This document shows positions 1 through 6,545 of a stretch of DNA of 13,523 bases, one piece after another. Each line of letters begins with the position of its first letter. Position 1 is the stretch's first letter. The DNA comes from Chlamydiae bacterium RIFCSPHIGHO2_12_FULL_49_11. GTDB taxonomy: Bacteria > Chlamydiota > Chlamydiia > Chlamydiales > 2-12-FULL-49-11. The stretch is taken from the NCBI GenBank assembly GCA_001794905.1, contig MGLW01000033.1, positions 1 through 13,523 of the forward strand, read 5' to 3'. The notes under the pieces were generated by a model, which saw only the letters and a program-made list of their open reading frames with translations, was not told the origin of the DNA and searched no databases. The translations under genes were made by a program, and so were the position numbers.

Positions 1-40
1 GAGTTCTTTGGTAAATTGAAACAAAATTTCCTCAGTTCGG

Positions 41-568
41 TTACTCACAACATATTCGACGATTTACGCAACAATGCCGTGCCGAAGTGAGATAGATAGT
101 TCCCCACAGGCCTACCTCGTTTCTGGTTTTGATCAGATAACCGACGCGCGCCCTCAGTTGTGACAGGTTGGGATCTAAACCGAACGCACCGAAGTTTTGG
201 TTGACCATCCAGTCGTAGTCGATCCCGACATTGAAACCGCCGGAAGAGGGAGTATGACGGTAGAGACCAACGGTAAAAAAACCTTCGCCTTCGGGACTTG
301 TGGAGCTATTTGAAATACCGGAACCGCTGCCGTACCAGTTGTAAATTCCGTACGAGCCTGCCAGTTGTAATCCGCATCCTTCCGCATGACAAGGAGAAGA
401 AAGGGCGACATTGAAACCGCCGAAAAGGCCGGTATTCCCCGACCAGCTGCCGTTTGGAATCCCGCGGAAGTACTCGTAACCAGCAAGAACTTCCGCGCCG
501 ACACAAATGTTAGGTATCGCACTCCAAATGCGTGATAGTAAGAAACACAAGGTTAAAAGCGCTCTCAT
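41..568 (-). CDS. Secreted outer-membrane beta-barrel-like hypothetical protein (DUF6666/inverse-autotransporter-barrel-like), probably C-terminally truncated
   Basis: Signal-peptide-like N-terminus (MRALLTLCFLLSRIWSA). Gly/aromatic amphipathic strands (GLQLAGSYGIYNW, GFFTVGLYRH, GFNVGIDYDWM, QLRARVGY, NEVGLWGT). Ends abruptly in an atypical Cys-rich tail, RHCCVNRRICCE. Confidence 0.6.
   Translation of the reverse strand: MRALLTLCFLLSRIWSAIPNICVGAEVLAGYEYFRGIPNGSWSGNTGLFGGFNVALSSPCHAEGCGLQLAGSYGIYNWYGSGSGISNSSTSPEGEGFFTVGLYRHTPSSGGFNVGIDYDWMVNQNFGAFGLDPNLSQLRARVGYLIKTRNEVGLWGTIYLTSARHCCVNRRICCE
226..422. repeat. Exact 17-bp direct repeat CGACATTGAAACCGCCG at 226-242 and 406-422
   Basis: Read directly from the sequence. 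The copies are 180 bp (60 codons) apart and both encode GGFNV in the minus-strand CDS. Confidence 0.85.
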
Positions 569-614
569 CGCTTTTAGCTATAACAATATCAATATTTTTT
601 TTACAATCCAGAAT

Positions 615-1565
615 ATGCCTTTCTGGATTCTATTTCCCGTATTGCTTTTGTGTGGCGAAAGGATTTCAGATATTGTGCAGCTCACTTTCCCCGGCATGGG
701 ATTTAGCCGCGCAGGAGAGCCGTATTTTTCCCCCGACGGGCTTACGGTTGCATTTCAGGCGACCCTGTTTGGGGAAGAAAGTTACCAGATATATGTAATG
801 GGCCTTGCGGAGTTAATACCTCGCCGAATCAGTACCGGAAGCGGCACATGCACCTGCGCCTACTTTAGGCCTGACGGGAAAAAAATCATCTTCGCATCGA
901 GTCATTCCGCTCCCGAAGCTGCATCGCTGTCCCCCTCCTCGGTCACAAACGGGAGATACAAGTGGCATTTTACTCCATACATGAATATTTACGAGTCGAA
1001 TTCCGACGGGAGCGAGATGAGGCCCCTTACTAGGGGAGCGGCCTATTCGGCAGAGTGCTCATATGCTCCCGACGGCACGAAGATCGTATTTGCAAGCAAT
1101 CGGGACGGGAACATGCATATTTATGTGATGGATGGAGACGGCGGCCATGTGCGGAGGCTGACCCGAAAAGAGGGGGTGTATCACGGCGGCCCTTTCTTTT
1201 CGCCGGACGGTACGAAAATCGTGTTTCGTGCCGATTATGATGCACCCGATCGATTGCAACTGTACATCATGGACGCCGACGGGTCCAATCTCGAAAAACT
1301 TTTCGATGACCCCTATATTAATTGGGCGCCGACGTGGCATCCGCGCGGCAATCATATCATCTACACCACGTCTAGGCATGGTCACGACAGGTATGAGCTC
1401 TATTTGCTTGATCTATGTACAAGACAGCAATACAGGGTGACCGATAGTCCCGGTTTTGACGGTCTTGCCTCGTTTAGTCGGGACGGCACAAAGCTCGTGT
1501 GGACGTCAAAACGCAGTAGCGGCGCCTCACATATATATCTTGCAACCATCGAGGTCCCTCCATGA
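615..1565 (+). CDS. TolB-like / PD40-repeat beta-propeller protein with N-terminal signal peptide
   Basis: Repeated PD40 motifs (FSPDGLTVAF, FRPDGKKIIFAS, YAPDGTKIVFAS, FSPDGTKIVF, WHPRGNHIIY, FSRDGTKLVW) with IYVMDxDG linkers. Start moved to ATG 615 (MPFWILFPVLLLCG), because the 507 start overlaps the divergent gene. There is no TolB N-terminal domain and no tol-pal context, so it is not called tolB. Confidence 0.85.
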   Translation: MPFWILFPVLLLCGERISDIVQLTFPGMGFSRAGEPYFSPDGLTVAFQATLFGEESYQIYVMGLAELIPRRISTGSGTCTCAYFRPDGKKIIFASSHSAPEAASLSPSSVTNGRYKWHFTPYMNIYESNSDGSEMRPLTRGAAYSAECSYAPDGTKIVFASNRDGNMHIYVMDGDGGHVRRLTRKEGVYHGGPFFSPDGTKIVFRADYDAPDRLQLYIMDADGSNLEKLFDDPYINWAPTWHPRGNHIIYTTSRHGHDRYELYLLDLCTRQQYRVTDSPGFDGLASFSRDGTKLVWTSKRSSGASHIYLATIEVPP

Positions 1566-2956
1566 GAACATTATTTTTTTTCTTTTGTATGTATCTGCAT
1601 GCACAAAACCAGACCGATGCTTATTCCGATATTCTCGGTTCGGAGGCCGTTCCCTTCACGCTGAGCTTGGAAGCGGCTTCGTTCACTCTTGCTTCGGGAG
1701 TGCATAGTTATGTGCGTGCTGTGTATGACGGCAAGTGGATTCTGATAGGGGGAAGGACAAACGGACTTCATGGGTTTCAGGATAGTGGAAATTTTCCCGC
1801 ATCTTCGCAAAACGATCTTGTGCAAGTGGTAGACCCCTCGACCGGTACCGTTTGGAGCCGGCTCTTGACTGATCCCTCTTCCGGCCTCACACCCGAACAA
1901 ATTTATACGTTGAACGTGACGGCTGCACAAGGGTTTCAAGATAGTGATATGCTTTATATGATCGGGGGTTACGGGTACGATCCCGGACGGAATGAAAATT
2001 CGACGAAGTCTACGCTGTCTGTAATCCGTCTACCAGGACTGATCAAGTGGGTGATGAATACCGATCCGAGCGAGACGTTTGCAAATAATTTGCGCCAAAC
2101 AACGCATCCCCTATTGAAGGTGGCGGGGGGCCATCTGACGCGTGTAAACAAGCACAAGCCGGTTCTTCTCATTTTCGGGCAAGATTTTGACGGCAACTAC
2201 CTCGTCTCCTCAAACGGAGCCTATACACAGCAGGTTCGTGCTTTTCATGTGATTGATAACGGAAAAAGCCTGTATATCAAACCTTGTCCCATAGAGGCCC
2301 CTAATGCAAACTACCGGCGGCGGGATTTTCCTGTTGGGCCGATCATTTCGCAAAACGGTAAAGCACTCGATCCTTCGGTTGTTGTATGGGCAGGGGTCTT
2401 TACCACCATCGGGGATGGCTACTGGACCGTTCCCGTGTCTATCCTTCCGCATGGTGTGACGGCCATGGCTGATCCGAACGGAAGCACCACGTTCCGGCAA
2501 GGGATGAATATTTATAATGCGGCGACCTCGGGACTATTTTCCAAAAGTGAAAGGGCGATGTACCAAATATTTTTCGGGGGCATTTCGTATGTGACTGTCA
2601 GCGACTCTATGTTTTCGACCGATTCGGAGTTTCCTTTTATCAATACGGTGACGGCGACCCGTATCGATAAGAGCGGCAGTGTCACGCAACACCTGCTCTC
2701 TTCATTCCCGACAATCTTGCAAACAACCGTTTTTCCCGGGCAGCCGTTCCTCTTCGGAGCAGAAGCCTGGTTTTTTCCTGCCTCCGGGGTGCAACTCTTT
2801 CCGAGTGGCGTCATTTCCCTGGACGATCTAGGAGCCGGCCCGGTCGTTGTAGGCTATGTGGTAGGAGGAATACAGTCAAGGGTCCCCAACACGAGTTCTA
2901 TGTCCGAATCGGCCGCCTCTGCTTTCGTTTTCCGTGTGACAGTGGAGAAGAATTGA
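1562..2956 (+). CDS. Secreted hypothetical protein, Kelch/galactose-oxidase-like beta-propeller
   Basis: 464-aa ORF with a signal peptide (MRTLFFFFCMYLHA-Q). Recurring hydrophobic-GG motifs (WILIGGR, LYMIGGY, KVAGG, IFFGG, YVVGG). ATGA overlap with the upstream stop suggests translational coupling. Confidence 0.7.
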   Translation: MRTLFFFFCMYLHAQNQTDAYSDILGSEAVPFTLSLEAASFTLASGVHSYVRAVYDGKWILIGGRTNGLHGFQDSGNFPASSQNDLVQVVDPSTGTVWSRLLTDPSSGLTPEQIYTLNVTAAQGFQDSDMLYMIGGYGYDPGRNENSTKSTLSVIRLPGLIKWVMNTDPSETFANNLRQTTHPLLKVAGGHLTRVNKHKPVLLIFGQDFDGNYLVSSNGAYTQQVRAFHVIDNGKSLYIKPCPIEAPNANYRRRDFPVGPIISQNGKALDPSVVVWAGVFTTIGDGYWTVPVSILPHGVTAMADPNGSTTFRQGMNIYNAATSGLFSKSERAMYQIFFGGISYVTVSDSMFSTDSEFPFINTVTATRIDKSGSVTQHLLSSFPTILQTTVFPGQPFLFGAEAWFFPASGVQLFPSGVISLDDLGAGPVVVGYVVGGIQSRVPNTSSMSESAASAFVFRVTVEKN

Positions 2957-3101
2957 TCGGCCACTTTTTTTCTGCTCCGAGTCAGAGGCTCTAACTACTT
3001 TGCTTAAATTTTTTTCATCTCATGAAGATTGACTCTTAAAATGGTCCATTTTGCTTATTGTAAAAAAATCTAAACACCGTGTAAGATCTTTGGCTAATTA
3101 A

Positions 3102-5192
3102 GTGGAGGATCGTGAAGCCTTGAATACAAAATCAAAATATAAAGTCATTCTTACTTGTATCTGGTCTCTTTTATTTTCAACTTCTTTTTGTGCGCAGAAT
3201 ATCTTGAATCACCTTGATTTTTCTTGTTATCAAGTGGCTTCTCATATTCCAGGAATTGATGCAGTGTTTGTTATTCAGCTTGAAGAGAATGAAAAATTAT
3301 CTGCGTTGCACGAAGAACTGCAACAACATGACGTTCAGGTGTTTGATTACAACAAATTTCAGAAAATCCCGGAAATAGTGCTGACGTCCTATTGCTCTTC
3401 TATTGTCTCTCCTTTTTTATTGACGGAGATTTTAAGTCATTTATCAATTTATCAATATTGTTTAAATCAGGGTATTAACCGAGTGCTGATTTTAGAAAGC
3501 CATGCCTCTCTTATGAAGGATCCCAGAGAACTATCTCAGTTATTAACTACACTTAATGAAAAAACACGAGGATACTGGGATGTTTTGTATACAGACAGCG
3601 ATTTTCACCACCCACAAACCGGATTACCTATTGTACCTAACCTTCATTATATACCTAAGAACAAGAAGGCATTTTTGCCGGGTATTTCCAAAGTTTTTTG
3701 TCGCTATGGCGCTGCTTCATTCGTTATTTCCAAATCAGGCATGAAGAAAGTGTTACAGTACTTTCAAACCCGATGGGACAATCTTCCATTTGATCAAATA
3801 TTGTTTCGAATTCCCCGTCTCTATATTTATGGAGTGGATACGGATATTATTACCAATCGGTATTCTACAAAGCCTTCTGAAAATGTCCATCTAGAAAAAC
3901 TTAAAAAAAAGGAAAAACTTTATCAGACAGGAAATGAATTTTGGATAGATCCGGTTCATCTTCTTACACATGATAGATTCGATGCTGCGGCTAAATATAT
4001 TTATGCCAAATACCAATTAAAGCACTATCGAACGCAATGGCATGTTGATTTATATAAAAAGCATCTTGAAAACTGGATCAGTTTCTATAATACAGAGCCC
4101 TTAAAAATAGGATTCCCGGCATTTCTTTCTGCTTTTAACACACTTATAAAAAGTTTGCAGAACAAAAGGTTTGATCCAACTTATCCTATTGATATCAACA
4201 ATCTTGGACTTGCTTGCAACGGCTCTCATAGAATTGGCACTTGTTTGGCTATGCAAATCCCTGTAAAAGTCCGTGTGGAAAGTGGAGAAGGATCTCCTTC
4301 AATGACGGCTTCTGCTTTTAGAAACTTGTATTCCTTAGAGGAAAAATATTTGGACCATATGGCTTATGAATATGCCAAACTCAAAGACAATACAGTTATT
4401 GTAAGCCTTTTTCCTGCAGGATATCAGTTTCGTAAAGAGGTTGAAAATATTCTTAACAAGTACGGGACAGTAGTACATGATAAAGATATTTGGTTAACTG
4501 AGAGCGGTTGTCTAGAATATATACGTCTTGTGTATAATGGCGAGTGGTGGACTGGTTCTTATTTGGATAATTTCCAACATAGCAAAGCGAAGGCGGCTTT
4601 GTGCTTTCCTCGAGATCTTAGGGAGAACAGCCCTGTAAAAGTGTATCTCTATGAGTGCGAAACTGAAGCGATAGCAAGAGTTGCAAAAGAGGCGGTGCGC
4701 ACCCTATGTAATTATGGAAATGAGTCTGTTCATATTAACAATAATCATAATCAGACAAAAATTATTGCTGCTTCCGTATTTAATGAAAACAGCATTGCCT
4801 TTATGAACAAAAAGAAGCTGAATATACATCCTCAATTCCATCAGTATATGAAAAATCTTCATGCATTTATTGGGGAAAATCCTATTGATCCCGAAGAGAT
4901 CTGTATTGATACCGGCTGTGTATTAGCAGCATATGGGCTTAGAGATACTAAAGATATTGATGTTATACATAAGTGTCCTTTACCGTCTACTTATCAATCT
5001 TATAATGTAGATTCTCATAATCCTCATTTGCATCATCATAGTAAACCTTTAGATGAGATCTTGTTTAATCCTGAGAATCATTTTTATTACCAAGGGATCA
5101 AATTTGTTTCTATAGATCTTGTAAGAAAAATGAAGTGGGATCGGCATTCAGAAAAGGATCTCGTAGATATAGAACTGATAGACGCTCTTTAA
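3102..5192 (+). CDS. Multidomain protein: degenerate GT25-family glycosyltransferase + ParB/Srx-like domain + middle alpha/beta domain + C-terminal Pol-beta-type nucleotidyltransferase-like domain
   Basis: GT25-like motifs: IDAVFVIQL, LSHLSIYQ, RVLILE, WDVLY, RYGAASFVISKSGMKKVL, LPFD. ParB/Srx-like NGSHR at 4218-4232. NTase-like TGCVLAAYGLRDTKDID at 4911-4961 and terminal KDLVDIELI. The true start may be TTG 3120, 11 nt after GGAGG (3104-3108), giving the signal-like MNTKSKYKVILTCIWSLLFSTSFCA. Confidence 0.75.
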   Translation: MEDREALNTKSKYKVILTCIWSLLFSTSFCAQNILNHLDFSCYQVASHIPGIDAVFVIQLEENEKLSALHEELQQHDVQVFDYNKFQKIPEIVLTSYCSSIVSPFLLTEILSHLSIYQYCLNQGINRVLILESHASLMKDPRELSQLLTTLNEKTRGYWDVLYTDSDFHHPQTGLPIVPNLHYIPKNKKAFLPGISKVFCRYGAASFVISKSGMKKVLQYFQTRWDNLPFDQILFRIPRLYIYGVDTDIITNRYSTKPSENVHLEKLKKKEKLYQTGNEFWIDPVHLLTHDRFDAAAKYIYAKYQLKHYRTQWHVDLYKKHLENWISFYNTEPLKIGFPAFLSAFNTLIKSLQNKRFDPTYPIDINNLGLACNGSHRIGTCLAMQIPVKVRVESGEGSPSMTASAFRNLYSLEEKYLDHMAYEYAKLKDNTVIVSLFPAGYQFRKEVENILNKYGTVVHDKDIWLTESGCLEYIRLVYNGEWWTGSYLDNFQHSKAKAALCFPRDLRENSPVKVYLYECETEAIARVAKEAVRTLCNYGNESVHINNNHNQTKIIAASVFNENSIAFMNKKKLNIHPQFHQYMKNLHAFIGENPIDPEEICIDTGCVLAAYGLRDTKDIDVIHKCPLPSTYQSYNVDSHNPHLHHHSKPLDEILFNPENHFYYQGIKFVSIDLVRKMKWDRHSEKDLVDIELIDAL

Positions 5193-5247
5193 ACATGGCC
5201 TTTTTTAGAGGGGGCAGGGCAAGGTCAAACTATATGAGTTTTGTTCA

Positions 5248-5285
5248 AAAAATTACCAGAATTCCTATAAATGCTGGGAATTTTT
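5248..5285. promoter_or_regulatory. Imperfect inverted repeat AAAAATTACCAG-N14-CTGGGAATTTTT (possible operator or weak terminator)
   Basis: The arms at 5248-5259 and 5274-5285 are complementary at 11 of 12 positions. It lies in the intergenic gap between the fusion gene and the kinase. Confidence 0.3.
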
Positions 5286-5370
5286 AGCAGTTTTGCATTC
5301 AGGTTTTATAACCCATTGCAGATAATCGGAAAATCGGGGATTGTTGGGATGGTAAAGGGAAGGCAGGGTA

Positions 5371-6396
5371 ATGGAGCCGATCTCATGGATAGGTGCCGGC
5401 GAAAGAAGTCGGGCGGTGGTTCCTCAGACGAGGGCGGCGGGGGAAGAATATTGTGAAGCGCTCGCAAGGCGCTCTTTAGCCTTGTGGAGAACGGAGGCGC
5501 GGACGTTGGCCCGCGCAGCACCGGTGACGATCATCCAAGGCACGTCGTCTGTCGGGAAATCTTCGCTGATTGCTGCGATGCGTGCGAGTAACGCAGAGTT
5601 GCGGGAGCTTGGAGTGGATATTTTGGGCCATCAGAGAGATTTGGACTATATTAAGACCCAACATCCCCAAACTTATGCCCTCTTGGATGCGCTCCTGATT
5701 CCAAAGGAAAGGCAAATGCATATCCTCCACGCAGTACGAGGTGGGGTATTCCACTTCAAGCCAACCGTAACAAAGAGCGAAAGAGAGGATACGGAGCGGC
5801 GAGCGAGCATAATAGCAGATGAAGTGGCGCGGGCAGCAGGCATAGGGAAAGAGGATATCGACCATGTCATGCTGGATAAGGCTATGACATATGCATTGGG
5901 AAATATCTCCGTCGTTTTCGACATTTTAAATATTGAAAGAGTGTTTGCGCATCATTTGGGTAGGATACCTCTCTGCATCGCGCTTATCTTCTGTCCCCTC
6001 GATACGCTAGTGGCCCGTATTCAAAGAAGGAACCGGGAGGCGCTACGCCAGCAGGATATGAGTGAAATCCGTCCCGACGAATCGCCCCTGTTACAGCTGG
6101 GAAAGATTTTTCGTCCCAAAACGGCGCCGGATGAGAAGATCCTCTTTTCCATCACGCGAAAACAATTGATCGAGGCATTCAATGTCCTTTTCGAGGAAGG
6201 GGCAAAGATAATCCATGCTTCATACAGTGCTGGCGAGAGAGAAGAAAGACTCGATAAAGTCATGCGTGCGCTTGGCTTCATCAATTCATCCATCAAAGAG
6301 TTACACTACACCCCGCGCTTCAACGGCTACGATTATGTCATCGATACGAGTGTGACAGATGTAAGGGGCGCTGCAACAATTCTTGTCAGAAAATAA
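5371..6396 (+). CDS. P-loop small-molecule kinase, chloramphenicol phosphotransferase (CPT)-like / NMP-kinase fold, with insertions
   Basis: Walker A IIQGTSSVGKS at 5530-5562 (CPT-type GxSSxGKS), lid motif IFCPLDTLVARIQRR and C-terminal YDYVIDTS, all typical of CPT-like kinases. Purine-rich sequence upstream of the ATG. Confidence 0.7.
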   Translation: MEPISWIGAGERSRAVVPQTRAAGEEYCEALARRSLALWRTEARTLARAAPVTIIQGTSSVGKSSLIAAMRASNAELRELGVDILGHQRDLDYIKTQHPQTYALLDALLIPKERQMHILHAVRGGVFHFKPTVTKSEREDTERRASIIADEVARAAGIGKEDIDHVMLDKAMTYALGNISVVFDILNIERVFAHHLGRIPLCIALIFCPLDTLVARIQRRNREALRQQDMSEIRPDESPLLQLGKIFRPKTAPDEKILFSITRKQLIEAFNVLFEEGAKIIHASYSAGEREERLDKVMRALGFINSSIKELHYTPRFNGYDYVIDTSVTDVRGAATILVRK

Positions 6397-6545
6397 TTTA
6401 CTATCTGAGATCCCATTGAAAAAGAGCAAATGAAAGAAAAGGGTCACGCAGAAGAAGCTATTGCTTCAGAATCTTCTGGAGTCGCAAAATCTTTTTCAGA
6501 GACTTGGGTTAAATAGATATCAGCCCCCACTTTGATCTTAACGTC

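Noticed and set aside
226-422. Repeat containing ATTGAAAC, like the 3' end of many CRISPR repeats
   Set aside because: Only two 17-bp copies, 180 bp apart, in frame within a CDS, and no cas genes.
507-614. Longer N-terminus for the PD40 protein given by the ORF track
   Set aside because: It overlaps the divergent gene and the AT-rich promoter gap. ATG 615 gives a proper signal peptide.
3942-5192. ParB partition protein or nucleotidyltransferase-type anti-phage/toxin system (CBASS, MNT-HEPN)
   Set aside because: No HTH or ParA partner, no HEPN or effector gene nearby, and fusion to a glycosyltransferase points to glycan metabolism. Not fully excluded.
5371-6396. Bona fide chloramphenicol resistance gene
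   Set aside because: Only fold-level motifs are shared, the protein is about twice the length of CPT, and the substrate cannot be inferred.
6444-6545. 33 open codons in frame after the autotransporter TAG (DVKIKVGADIY...), suggesting readthrough or recoding
   Set aside because: The protein already ends in the expected beta-signal Phe, an open run of this length can occur by chance, and there is no other sign of TAG reassignment.
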